Of a stretch of DNA of 64,000 nt, positions 10,601 through 19,332 are shown in pieces. Under the pieces are notes generated by a model that saw nothing but the letters and a program-made list of their open reading frames with translations, did not search any database and was not told the origin of the DNA. This DNA comes from a virus: positions 8,122 through 72,121 of IMG/VR virus record IMGVR_UViG_3300028800_000009, one strand, 5' to 3'. The position numbers and the translations under genes are program-made. How positions within the stretch are numbered: the stretch's first letter is position 1; every line of letters starts with the position of its first letter.

Positions 10601-10944
10601 GAACGCCGGTAGAGGAGACGATAACAAACGCGGCGGACCCGCGCGCGTTTGTTACGGTAATCCAAGTACGCGGCGGCGCAGAATGGCGCGGAGCGAAGCT
10701 CGGGCGCGTCGCGCGCTATTACTATTCGTTCGACGGCGATCCGATCCTCGACGCGAAGGGGAAGCGCCAGGTTGCGAAAACGGAGGGAGCGAAGCCGTTA
10801 ATGGAATTGACGGCTTCGCTCCCCGAAGACGTGGATCGTTTGCGATACTTCGAAGAAGCGAAAGCGCTCGCCGTCGACTACGCTATCCTGAAACCAGAGG
10901 GAGAGTTAGCTGAAGATAGTTGTTGTGTAATTCCGTTTGTGTAA
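7618..10944 (+). CDS. Fusion: GREB1/TAGT-like glycosyltransferase plus family-B DNA polymerase with 3'-5' exonuclease
   Basis: GT part: YPVYVISKGR, HWILDDN, YNEDTDLSLRAL, MKGGN, RWHHEVNY. Pol part: ADVE, FNGNNFD, YCLND, DVSSQYP, KIALNGVYGK, NTDG. One uninterrupted frame. Confidence 0.88.
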   Translation: MPGIKFGGAKAKKKVKEDGDLLSLASGKDEGLLLSPSDSWSEVWKGMPTYEMGSTEAFRKVTIHLRDPGELEDLSRMLGIDLTDRTSTVYLSRDEDYVAPKELIYESDDPRPPRYPVYVISKGRWDTPLTAEALRAIGVPHKVVIEPSEASRYEEALGKERLLVAPEDFSKRGEGGIPVRNFVWETAVASGAKRHWILDDNIHGFLRLNRNRRIPVSGPSIFRAAEDFSDRYENVALSGFNYMYLARDNQELPPFCLNTRIYSMILINHDLDLPERWRGRYNEDTDLSLRALKAGWATVLFNAFLGDKAPTLTMKGGNAEIYADSDRRREFAESLKAQHPDVVEVVWRYERWHHEVNYRPFAGNRLIPRKDQPVSAGEYGMRIARSSRTGRYVPPPLAPVVITMAPRKAEALPKEPVEIKEEPPLSSVSLTPRSSKPENAAPVVFAPRAAKTTMLSAPEANRYVDPFLRSIEPQLKVWDTELYPPKFDYATWPWGDKSFVVADVEVFENFFLVAVKRLQDGKRLTFELSDRSPKLNRIELETVMLNNCIVTFNGNNFDLPIIGMALLGFDNRKLKEASNRIIREGIKSWDIEREFGVRLPKFNSIDLMEPNPSVRMGLKMLHARLNGRFIVDLPFEDVELSSREMNVATLYCLNDLDATEGLCNALREPLDLRRALSGQYGMDLRSKSDAQVGEAIVKSRVGIRGNPKDGIPSIQSFGYSVPSFVSFESPALREVLRSLRETTFHINGSGRVETPDWLKDLSIPLGSAAYTMGIGGLHSTEGSRAILSDEENVLVDIDVSSQYPRIILKLGLYPKALGPKFLDVYRELTDERVAAKAAGDKTKADGGKIALNGVYGKLGSSYSILYAPDLMIATTLTGQLSLLMLIERLEAAGIPVASGNTDGVLPFVKRSKLKELASIVSRWEAETGFAIERTEYDAIYNSSVNSYIAVKPGGKTKIKGPLANPWREGNLREMLSKNPQMTILSDALVDLIVKGTPVEETITNAADPRAFVTVIQVRGGAEWRGAKLGRVARYYYSFDGDPILDAKGKRQVAKTEGAKPLMELTASLPEDVDRLRYFEEAKALAVDYAILKPEGELAEDSCCVIPFV

Positions 10945-10961
10945 CGCATTATGTAACGGCA

Positions 10962-11351
10962 ATGCCAACAGTCTCGTGCAAGAAATGCGGGGGCGACCAT
11001 GTCACGTAGGAGTGTCGATCGTCGCCTGCAAAAGTGGCGGCCTTCGCTAAGGCGAAGGAAGCGGCCACTCCCGCAACGCATCACGATGCTGGTCAAGTTC
11101 CGCGACGCGGCCGAAGTTCGCCGTCTCCGACAGTTAAACCCAGGGAGCGACGTGAGTCTGTTGTATTGGGGCTCAACAAGGATCGTGGACGTGAGCTATC
11201 CCCGCCAGATCCTCCTCCCCTTGTTGTATCTCGGCGGCACTCCAATCTATGCGCCCCACCAGGAGAATGCGCCTATTGCGACCGTCGCCGGCAATACGCC
11301 CGAGACGGAATGACCAAGACCAGGCGCAAGAAGGCGAAGGGGCCGAAATGA
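10962..11351 (+). pseudogene. Zn-knuckle/basic protein with in-frame TAG at 11007-11009
   Basis: MPTVSCKKCGGDHVT*EC... is in frame with ORF 11034-11351, which ends in CAYC and a basic tail. Confidence 0.55.
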
Positions 11352-11359
11352 GGGCGAGT

Positions 11360-11704
11360 ATGAGCGAGGCGATGATCGATCAAGCGCCAGACGCCGAAAA
11401 GGTTGCCGCAGACTTCCTAAACGGACCGTTGATGGCCTACATGGAAACGGCGGCATCGGCCGCTAATCCGAGCCGAAAGCACGCCGACATTCGCAGGTAT
11501 GGCGGCGTGAGCTGCATCGTTCAGGATGTTGGAGGCACTGAGCCAGGACCATCATCCGACCTCGACCTCGACCGCGCCTTCGTGATCTGCCAAAAAAAAA
11601 ACCTTGGCTTTTGGGCAATGAATAGCCCAGAAGAATGGTGGCTGGCTTGCCGTAAGGTCGCAGAGAAAATCGAGGCACTGAAGCGCGTCGCGGGGGAGAA
11701 ATGA
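11360..11704 (+). CDS. Hypothetical protein
   Basis: ORF in the + strand accessory run; start uncertain. Confidence 0.5.
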   Translation: MSEAMIDQAPDAEKVAADFLNGPLMAYMETAASAANPSRKHADIRRYGGVSCIVQDVGGTEPGPSSDLDLDRAFVICQKKNLGFWAMNSPEEWWLACRKVAEKIEALKRVAGEK

Positions 11705-11746
11705 TTCCATGCTTATCCGGTTGTCGCACACAGGAGCTAGGGGTTG

Positions 11747-12130
11747 ATGGCTGAAATAGACGATGACGCCGAAAAGGCTAAGCGCGATGCTGGGTTTAAG
11801 AAGTTCCTCGCTGATACCGACAAAGAGACGCTGTGGTGGGCGCACTACCGCCTACTAAGCGCGCTTCATGCCGCTCGATATGCGGCAGATACCGACAAGA
11901 ACAAGGATCAGCAGGCCATTCTCCACATAATCGGCGTCACCGCCGATTATTGGCAACCGCAACTACCGGGGATGCCTAGTTATATCGAGGTCGCGAAGGA
12001 ATGCCGCGCAGACGACGATCACCATGAGCTTACCTATCTCGGCGAGCGGCTGGGCGTCTACATCACCGGCGATGAGTTCATGACTAAGGGTAGTGGTCGC
12101 GAGACGTGGGTCTGCTATGAGCAAAGATAG
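11747..12130 (+). CDS. Hypothetical protein
   Basis: AGGAG upstream; globular-looking composition. Confidence 0.6.
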   Translation: MAEIDDDAEKAKRDAGFKKFLADTDKETLWWAHYRLLSALHAARYAADTDKNKDQQAILHIIGVTADYWQPQLPGMPSYIEVAKECRADDDHHELTYLGERLGVYITGDEFMTKGSGRETWVCYEQR

Positions 12131-12481
12131 ATGAACCTCGCCGACTTCAATCGTCTCCGGGCTTTTATGGCCAGGACGACCTCCGACGCCGATCCCGAGG
12201 CGCTGACGGCGATCCGGATGGCGAATAGGTTACTAGCCGAGAACGACTTGACGTGGGATAAGGTCTTCGCGCGGACGGTAAAGGTTATCGATGCGATCGA
12301 AACGGCGACGCCAGATGATCCGGCGCAGGAGAATATATCGAGTCTTATCGACGAGGCCGAAGCGAACGCGACCAATGATTGGGAAGCCGATTTCTGCGCC
12401 GACGTTCGCCGTAAGCTCGCCGAACGAGGCTCTTTAACTGAAAAGCAGGTAGATAAGCTTCGGGAAATACGCGACCGCTAA
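12131..12481 (+). CDS. Hypothetical helical protein
   Basis: EALTAIRMANRLL and WEADF...LTEKQ..KL segments; abuts the upstream stop. Confidence 0.65.
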   Translation: MNLADFNRLRAFMARTTSDADPEALTAIRMANRLLAENDLTWDKVFARTVKVIDAIETATPDDPAQENISSLIDEAEANATNDWEADFCADVRRKLAERGSLTEKQVDKLREIRDR

Positions 12482-12497
12482 AAAACATTTAAAACGC

Positions 12498-12551
12498 TTT
12501 ATAAAGGGTTTTGGTTGGTCTATATTTCGATCATCAGAACGGGAGACGGAT
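12498..12551 (+). promoter_or_regulatory. Sigma70-like promoter (copy 2, divergent leader)
   Basis: TTTATA-17-TATATT with an A-rich upstream tract, then AACGGGAGA. Confidence 0.65.
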
Positions 12552-13579
12552 ATGCGGATCGAGGACATCAAGGCGAATGACGTGCTGGTAGGTGTCGATG
12601 AGAACGGCGCGGGCTACTACCGCGTCCTGAAGGTCAGCCGGGTAACAATCCGCGTGCGGGGCGAGAATGGCAACGAGTTCCGGGCCTACCCGACAATCTT
12701 CAACCGCAAGATCGATTACCCCGTTAACGTCTGATACGAAAGGGCCGGATCAATGGCAATCGCCTACAAACTCTTCTCTCGCATGACCGACATGGCGGAG
12801 GATTTGGCGCTGCATTTTGATCGCGCCAAGGACCGCGCGCTTGTTGCCTTTCAGGATCAGGTTGGGTGGCCGTTTCGCGCTTCGCAGGCGCAGTTGTCCG
12901 AGTGGAATGCAAAAAGATGGCCTGGGTGCGACTTGCCCAGCTCTCCCGACCCGAACGAGGCGCCGAAGCTCGGCGAGTATTTCCGCACCGATGGACACTG
13001 AGAAAGACCACCCATGAACATCATCGATCGCGAGATAGCTCTGCTTCGCTCCATCGTCCGGTCCTGCCGCGATCACATCGCGCGAGGCACTCCGCTAAAC
13101 TGGACCGGTGACGAACTGACGGCAATGCGGCGAGCGGAGGATGAGCGTCAGCCGGATAAGAGCGGGCTGCGCAAGTGACCGCCACAAATCGCGTGCTTGA
13201 GCTGTTGCAGATTGCGGGGTCGCACGGCGCGACAACGGCGGAAATTTCTCGGGTATGCCATGTACGGTTCTTCCTGGCGCGAATCTTGATGATGGCCGAA
13301 TATCGAAAAGTTGTGACAAGCGAATTTGATCCCGGTGGCGCTCAGCGCCTGCGCCGATACTGGCTTTCTTCCCTCAAACCTAGATAGGCCCCGATGAGCG
13401 ACCTCGCGCCTGATGTCGTCAGACTGGTGATTGCGGCCCGAATGGTTGCGTTCGGCGATAGCGCCCCTGACCATGCGGCCATTCGCGAGCTTGACCAAGC
13501 GAGCGAAGCATTCGCCGACCGCGTGCCCTGGCATGATGAGCCCTCTGTCGATCGCTGTCACCGCGCCTGCTGCTGGTAG
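12552..13579 (+). CDS. Run of five small hypothetical ORFs (12552-12734, 12753-13001, 13014-13178, 13175-13387, 13394-13579)
   Basis: Closely packed + strand ORFs with purine-rich RBS-like spacers. Confidence 0.55.
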
Positions 13580-13653
13580 GGCGAGTTCATGTGCGACGAT
13601 GCGCGCGAAGCTGGAACGGTCGAGATGACAGTCGCTGAGTTGCGCGGGGCTAG

Positions 13654-14376
13654 ATGTTGATGCGGTATTTTGGGGGCAAGCAGAGAATAGCCCATCGGTT
13701 GGCGGCGGTTCTTACCCCGCTTGCTATACAGCGCGGTAACTACGTTGAGCCTTTTGTTGGTGGTGCTGCGGTAATATCGCACGTTTCCGCGCCCGTCAGG
13801 ATAGCCTCAGACAGCAATTTGGCTTTGATAACTATGTGGAGTGCGCTTGCGGCAGGGTGGTCCCCGCCAGAGGATGTTTCAGAAGCGACATACGCCTCTA
13901 TAAAGACCGCCGCAGACCCCAAAGACCCACTCACGGCCTTCATTGGGTTTGGGGTTTCTTTTGCCGGGAAGTGGTTTGGCGGCTACGCGAGAGGCGGCGC
14001 AGGAAGAAATTACGCGGCAAATGCCGCCTCGTCATTGAGAAGAAAGATGCGTGGCTTAGAAGGGGTGCGGTGGATAGCGGGCGACTATCGGGTATGCCCT
14101 ACTCCTCCCGGGGCTGTCATCTATTGTGACCCTCCTTATGCTGGGACAACTCAGTATGGCGCTGTAGCGCCGTTTTTGTGGTCCGAGTTTTGGGCTTGGT
14201 GTCTTGCCAAACATGATGCTGGAAACGCAGTTTTTGTTTCCGAATACGCCGCCCCCGAAACCTTTCGAGCGATCCTCACGATCCCCGTTAAGACTGACAT
14301 TCGAACAAAGGCGAACGGGAAGGAGCAACGACTAGAAAAGCTGTTTGTCCCTAATAAGGGTAGCTCTTATGGGTAA
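13654..14376 (+). CDS. DNA adenine methyltransferase (Dam/D12 class)
   Basis: YFGGK, YVEPFVGG, YCDPPY and FVSEY motifs. Confidence 0.9.
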   Translation: MLMRYFGGKQRIAHRLAAVLTPLAIQRGNYVEPFVGGAAVISHVSAPVRIASDSNLALITMWSALAAGWSPPEDVSEATYASIKTAADPKDPLTAFIGFGVSFAGKWFGGYARGGAGRNYAANAASSLRRKMRGLEGVRWIAGDYRVCPTPPGAVIYCDPPYAGTTQYGAVAPFLWSEFWAWCLAKHDAGNAVFVSEYAAPETFRAILTIPVKTDIRTKANGKEQRLEKLFVPNKGSSYG

Positions 14377-14420
14377 TAGCCGGATAAGCATGAAACAGTT
14401 ACTAGGAAAGGGCCACTAAC

Positions 14421-15862
14421 ATGACCATGATCAGCCATAACGTCCGCGTCTATCTCTCTTCGCCAAAAGAGGATGTGAGTGGCGAGCTACGCCAGCAAAG
14501 CATCGAAGGCGTGTGGATTTATTGCGGCTTCCAGGAGCAGGCGAAGCTTCGGTTTTACCCGCAGCATCGCATCGTCGAAATTCAAGACAATGGGTACGTG
14601 CACCGATGAGAACCTTCCTTGAGGATTTAGCGGCCGTTCACAGCGAGAATTGGATGACCGTCGGCGGAAAACCTTTCGCGATTGAAGCATCGCTCCGGCT
14701 CACCCAATTGCATGCCGCGCTTTTAACCGCCAAGGACACAATCAAGGCGCTTCACGGACCGATCGCGTGGGATATTTATGATGAGCACTCGCCGGAAATG
14801 AAACAGATTAATGCGGCGCTCGAAAAGGCAAAGACGTGACCGGACATTGCCCGCGCGGGATATCGGATTGCGACTGCGGCTCTGCATACTGCGAACGCCG
14901 CAAGCCGAAGGCTCGGAGACAACCAATGAGCTTGGATGGGGCACTTGCCACGATTCTCGGATCGAAGATCGCGCACGATATAACCATGTCGCAGGGCCGG
15001 CATTGGGCAGTTGTCGCGGCGATGGCTCGTGCGACCACGGACCAAGACCCCGAAGCAATCCGCGTCTTGCGCGAGCATGTTGCCGCGCGCCGAAAGGAAA
15101 CAGCCCATGAATGACCGCCTCGAATATCGCCGTTCGCTAGGTTTGCCCGATCTGGGGTTAGACGAGAAAGTGACGTGCCCGCGCTGTGGTGAAGAGCGCG
15201 ACCGCGAGACGCCGATGGCCTGTGAGGACTTCGATTGTCCGACCGCAGCAGACATCAATTTGCGCAACCGCTAGAAAGTCAAGAAAGGCCCGACCGAAAT
15301 GCCGCAGCTAATGGAAGTCCGTTTTGTTTTTCATGCCCTTGAGCAATGGGATGGTTCGAAGTGGAACCCCGTCCCGAATTTGACGCCGGGGCAAGATCAG
15401 AGAGGCGGCAAGATGCATTTCGATGTCGAGGACTGTGATCGCTCGCTTGATGCGGTCGAACGCGCTCTTAACCCAAATCGATAAGGGGCCGCCAATGAAG
15501 ATCACGCAGCCGCAGAAGAAAGCGCTTCAGCTAATCGATGGTGGTTATGTGAAGCACTGCCATCCCTTCACCTTCACAACGGCGCACAGCGCCACAGGAC
15601 GCGCGGCATGAGCGGCCGCCCAGACTGGGATAATCAATTCGCCGAAAGCGAGGATGAGCGCAATGCGCGCCTGCGGCTGAAGCGGCAGTTGAGATATGAC
15701 AAGGAAAGGCGAACAATCGTAAGTCCTGATCCGCGTGACCCAGATTATATGCGCGTCGGCATGTTCGTCCTGCACAATTGCTCGCGTTGCAAAGACGGCA
15801 GGGTGCCATGCGCCGTCGGCAATCCTCATCAGTGCGAATACCCACACGCTCGAAACGATTAA
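14421..15862 (+). CDS. Run of small hypothetical ORFs (14421-14609, 14606-14839, 14926-15114, 15107-15274, 15299-15484, 15495-15611, 15608-15862)
   Basis: Translationally coupled small ORFs; several carry CxxC motifs. Confidence 0.55.
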
Positions 15863-15889
15863 GTCAGGAAAGGCCCGAAAGGAAAATCC

Positions 15890-16672
15890 ATGACCGACCT
15901 CATCGCCTACCACAACGACCCCGCGCTCAAATCCTTCGTCCTCGCGCAGCTCGTCGAGCACCGCGAGCACGACAAACTGGTCAAGGGCCAGTATTGGGAG
16001 AATGGTAAAGGCTGCGCGGTTGGCTGCACGCTTGAAGCCGTGCGCCTGCATAAAGGCAACGCCGCGAAGATTGCTCACAACAAGCACGCGCTCTATGAGG
16101 CCGAGCTTGGTATTCCAATGATCCTCGCGCGCCTGGAGGACAAGCACTTCGAGGAACTGAGCAATGGCGACAGCCAAGCATGGCCCGAGCGGTTTATTTC
16201 GGCGATCAAACCCGGTGCCAATCTCGCGATGATCTGGCCGCGGTACGCACTCTGGCTATTGAGTGAGGAATTGCCGCAACGCGCCAAACGACCGGCTACG
16301 GTCGCGTCTCTTGCTGAAGTCGCGGCGCTCTACCGTGAATGGATGGAGGGCGCGAAGCCCAGCGCGGAGCGCTGGCTGAGCGCCCGTAGAAACGCCGCCG
16401 ACGCCTACGCCGCCGACGCCGACGCCGCCGCCGCCGCCGTCTACGCCGCCGTCTACGCCGACGCCGACGCCGTCTACGCCGACGCCGACGCCGCCTACGA
16501 CGCCGCCGACGCCGCCGCCGACGCCGCCGTCTACGCCGCCGTCTACGCCGACGCCGACGCCGACGCCGACGCCGCCGTCTACGCCGCCGCCGACGCCGCC
16601 GTCTACGCCGCTCGCGCTTCCTTCTGGAAGCGCTCGGCAGACAAGATCATCGAATTACTTGAAGCCGCGTAA
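15890..16672 (+). CDS. Phage protein with Ala/Asp/Tyr low-complexity insert
   Basis: GCAVGC motif; (GCC/GAC/TAC)n repeat at about 16393-16610. Confidence 0.8.
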   Translation: MTDLIAYHNDPALKSFVLAQLVEHREHDKLVKGQYWENGKGCAVGCTLEAVRLHKGNAAKIAHNKHALYEAELGIPMILARLEDKHFEELSNGDSQAWPERFISAIKPGANLAMIWPRYALWLLSEELPQRAKRPATVASLAEVAALYREWMEGAKPSAERWLSARRNAADAYAADADAAAAAVYAAVYADADAVYADADAAYDAADAAADAAVYAAVYADADADADAAVYAAADAAVYAARASFWKRSADKIIELLEAA

Positions 16673-16689
16673 AGTCAGGAAGGGTCCGC

Positions 16690-16857
16690 ATGAGAACGCT
16701 TGAAGAAATCCGCCGCACGCTCGCGCACGACATCACCATGTCGCAAGGACGGCATTGGGCGGTTGTCGCGGCGGTGGCTCGTGCGACCACGGATCAAGAC
16801 CCCGAAGCAATCCGCGTCTTGCGCGAGCACGTTGCCTCAACTCGAAAGAAAGCATGA
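16690..16857 (+). CDS. Small protein, paralog of 14926-15114
   Basis: Shares AHDITMSQGRHWAVVAAxARATTDQDPEAIRVLREHVA; not in the ORF track in this frame. Confidence 0.65.
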   Translation: MRTLEEIRRTLAHDITMSQGRHWAVVAAVARATTDQDPEAIRVLREHVASTRKKA

Positions 16858-16937
16858 AAGGCCGCCCATGAGCGTCATCGAAGAAATCGCAGCCGAGCGC
16901 GGCATCAAGACCAAATAGTCAGGAAGGGTCAGACCCG

Positions 16938-18005
16938 ATGGGCATGCCCGACAAGAGCCTAACCGAAGAGCAAGAGAGGATCGCCGAAGCGGTTCGCGAC
17001 TTCGTTACGACCGCTTCGCCCGGAGATTTCTTCGTTATCCAAGGTCTCGCCGGGACCGGTAAGACAACCTTGATGACCTCTCTCGATCTTCCAGGAGCAG
17101 TCCTCGTCGCGCCGACCGGGAAGGCTGCATCGGTCCTCCGCGCGAAGTCCGACCGCGACGCGATGACGATTCATTCCGCGATCTACAACTTCTGTGGGAC
17201 CAAGACCGACGAAAACGGGAAGCTCGTTCCCATCTTCGTCGATAAGGATTTTGTCTCGCTCCCGCTCGTGCTACTCGACGAATCGAGCATGGTTGGTCAA
17301 TCCTTAGCGACCGATCTCCTCGCGACCGGCGCCGTCGTCGTCGCTTTCGGCGACCCTGGGCAATTGCCGCCGGTCAAAGATCGCCAGTTCTTTAATTCGC
17401 CGGACGCGACCCTACGCGAAATCCATCGGCAGGCCCTCGATTCGCCAATCATAAGACAAGCTCACCGTATCCGTAACGGCGAGCGTGCCGTTACGGATGG
17501 CGACGGCTTCGTATGCCTTCCATCCTCCCGCGGGCTCGACCTAACATCCTTCGGTATCGTCCTCTGCTGGACGAACAAGACGCGGACGGCGCTTAATTCG
17601 ATCATACGAAAAGCGAAGGGTATAGAAGGCCCTTCGCTTTTCCCAGGCGAGCCCGTGATGTGTCTTCGGAACGACTACGCTCGGGGTATCTTTAACGGAG
17701 AGATATATCGGGTTGCGAAGGAGCGCGCGCCGGGGACGACCCTATGGCTAGAGGGCGGATCGGTCATTCCTAAAGCCAAGGTCGAGCGGTTCGACGGCGA
17801 CTTCGACAAAGAGGACGACGAGACGACGCCGTTCGCGCTCGCTTACGCTTCGACGTGCCACAAATTCCAGGGTAGTGAAGAAGAGCGCGTCCTCGTCTTC
17901 GACGAGATGGGTTCCGATCGTCAAGAGCGAGCGCGCTGGCTCTATACCGCCGTGACCCGCGCGCGGAGCCACGTTACGGTCGTACGGCCGGAGGATTGGG
18001 GATGA
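16938..18005 (+). CDS. Dda/RecD-like SF1B helicase
   Basis: GLAGTGKT, APTGKAA, DESSM, GDPGQLPPV, HKFQGSE, YTAVTRA. Confidence 0.92.
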   Translation: MGMPDKSLTEEQERIAEAVRDFVTTASPGDFFVIQGLAGTGKTTLMTSLDLPGAVLVAPTGKAASVLRAKSDRDAMTIHSAIYNFCGTKTDENGKLVPIFVDKDFVSLPLVLLDESSMVGQSLATDLLATGAVVVAFGDPGQLPPVKDRQFFNSPDATLREIHRQALDSPIIRQAHRIRNGERAVTDGDGFVCLPSSRGLDLTSFGIVLCWTNKTRTALNSIIRKAKGIEGPSLFPGEPVMCLRNDYARGIFNGEIYRVAKERAPGTTLWLEGGSVIPKAKVERFDGDFDKEDDETTPFALAYASTCHKFQGSEEERVLVFDEMGSDRQERARWLYTAVTRARSHVTVVRPEDWG

Positions 18006-18451
18006 GCGGCTCCGAGGACTCACTCTGGAAAATGGAGCGCGATAAGCTCTCCTCATTTGGCATTCTTAAACGGATCGAGCACAAGCACGAGCTAGGCTGG
18101 CCCGACGTCCTCTACGTTCTCCGCCGGCCGGCGCCGTTTCACGATCAGCGCGCGACGGGTTTCATAGAGAACAAGCAGCTCGACGGGTGGCCTATTCGCG
18201 CAAGCTCGGTAGTAAGGATACCGAGCTTGACGCGAGACCAAGCTAACTGGCTCGGGGCTTGGAGCAAGGCGGGTGGCCGAGCGGCCCTAGGTCTTCAAGT
18301 CGGGTCCGAATACCTCTTCTTCTCGGGCTCGGTCGTCGGGCCGATATTCCTCGATAACCCCTTACCGCAAGCAGCGGTAAGGGGTTATGCCGGGCTTATA
18401 ATGTCCGACGGCTTCAGGGTCGCCGACGCCCTAAAGTTCCTGGCGGGCTGA
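18002..18451 (+). CDS. PD-(D/E)xK nuclease / Holliday junction resolvase-like
   Basis: RIE...GWPD...FIENK...Q.NWL pattern. Confidence 0.7.
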   Translation: MSGSEDSLWKMERDKLSSFGILKRIEHKHELGWPDVLYVLRRPAPFHDQRATGFIENKQLDGWPIRASSVVRIPSLTRDQANWLGAWSKAGGRAALGLQVGSEYLFFSGSVVGPIFLDNPLPQAAVRGYAGLIMSDGFRVADALKFLAG

Positions 18452-18460
18452 AGATGGCAC

Positions 18461-18521
18461 TTTACGGAATCTTAACGTCCGGCTACTATCCTCCGGTCGA
18501 ACTTAACCGGGAGAATTAGAG
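18461..18521 (+). promoter_or_regulatory. Sigma70-like promoter plus conserved leader (copy 3)
   Basis: TTTACG-17-TACTAT then GAACTTAACCGGGAGAATT. Confidence 0.7.
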
Positions 18522-18923
18522 ATGCTTAAGAAAACCGAAGCCAAGCCATTTTCAGTCATACTGACCATTCCGGCGGACCGCATCGCGAACATGATGATCT
18601 CGTTCGTCGAGAGCGGCGATCCCGTCACGCACGCCTCTAAGGGAGGCTGGTGCGCCGGGATCAGCCTTAAGTTCCACACATTCCCCCTCTGGTACGCCAG
18701 CCCGGAGACCTGGTCAAACGACTTTACCGTCGCGGTCGACGAGGTCGGGGACGGGAAAATAAAAACCCACTTCATACGCCGCGCCGACCTCGTCCGCGGC
18801 CTGGCGATCCTCGCCGAAAAGTATCCGGATCACTTCGCTATGATCCTACGGGACGACACCGACGCGCCGTGCGCGGACCTCTTCGTTCAGTGCGTCCTCT
18901 TCGGGGAGGAAAAATATGCTTGA
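18522..18923 (+). CDS. Hypothetical protein
   Basis: C-terminal DAPCADLFVQCVLFGE..Y pattern; good RBS. Confidence 0.7.
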   Translation: MLKKTEAKPFSVILTIPADRIANMMISFVESGDPVTHASKGGWCAGISLKFHTFPLWYASPETWSNDFTVAVDEVGDGKIKTHFIRRADLVRGLAILAEKYPDHFAMILRDDTDAPCADLFVQCVLFGEEKYA

Positions 18924-19332
18924 CCGCGTCCGAATCGGCGACCGCGTCCTCGAAGCAAGGGCGCCCTGGACCGGAGCGTGGGTCGTAACCGACCTACGGG
19001 TACGCCCAGGCCGTGCCGGCGAGAGCTGGCTATCCATCACCTACACCCAGTACGGTATCCGCTCCGTCTCCTCGACCGAGCGTCTCGTCGCCGCCCCGGA
19101 GGGTTGGGAAGACCCGCCTAAGCGACCGCTCTCCAAACGGCTTTTGAGGCCCGAGGATTACGGGGTCTGGGAGCGCCAGCTCGAAGACGACCCGGAATAT
19201 CAGGCCGCGCTCGCGGACTTCCGGCAACGGTACGCGGACTGGGCCGAGAGGTTCCTCCCCTCACTCGGGCTCGCCGAGCACGCCCGCCTCGCGCGCCAGC
19301 TTGTCGATTCGTTAGAAATGGAGAAGACATGA
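18916..19332 (+). CDS. Hypothetical protein
   Basis: Overlaps both neighbours. Confidence 0.55.
   Translation: MLDRVRIGDRVLEARAPWTGAWVVTDLRVRPGRAGESWLSITYTQYGIRSVSSTERLVAAPEGWEDPPKRPLSKRLLRPEDYGVWERQLEDDPEYQAALADFRQRYADWAERFLPSLGLAEHARLARQLVDSLEMEKT

Noticed and set aside
11007-11009. Genome-wide amber stop reassignment
   Set aside because: Many genes end at TAG directly against the next start (e.g. 4517, 12130), core genes are intact under code 11, and no suppressor tRNA was seen.
16393-16610. GCC-rich repeat as a regulatory or mobile element
   Set aside because: It is an in-frame Ala/Asp/Tyr low-complexity coding tract, common in phage proteins.
14969-16836. Repeat pair as a diversity-generating retroelement TR/VR
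   Set aside because: No reverse transcriptase is visible, and the differences are mostly synonymous and not adenine-specific (several are C/T).
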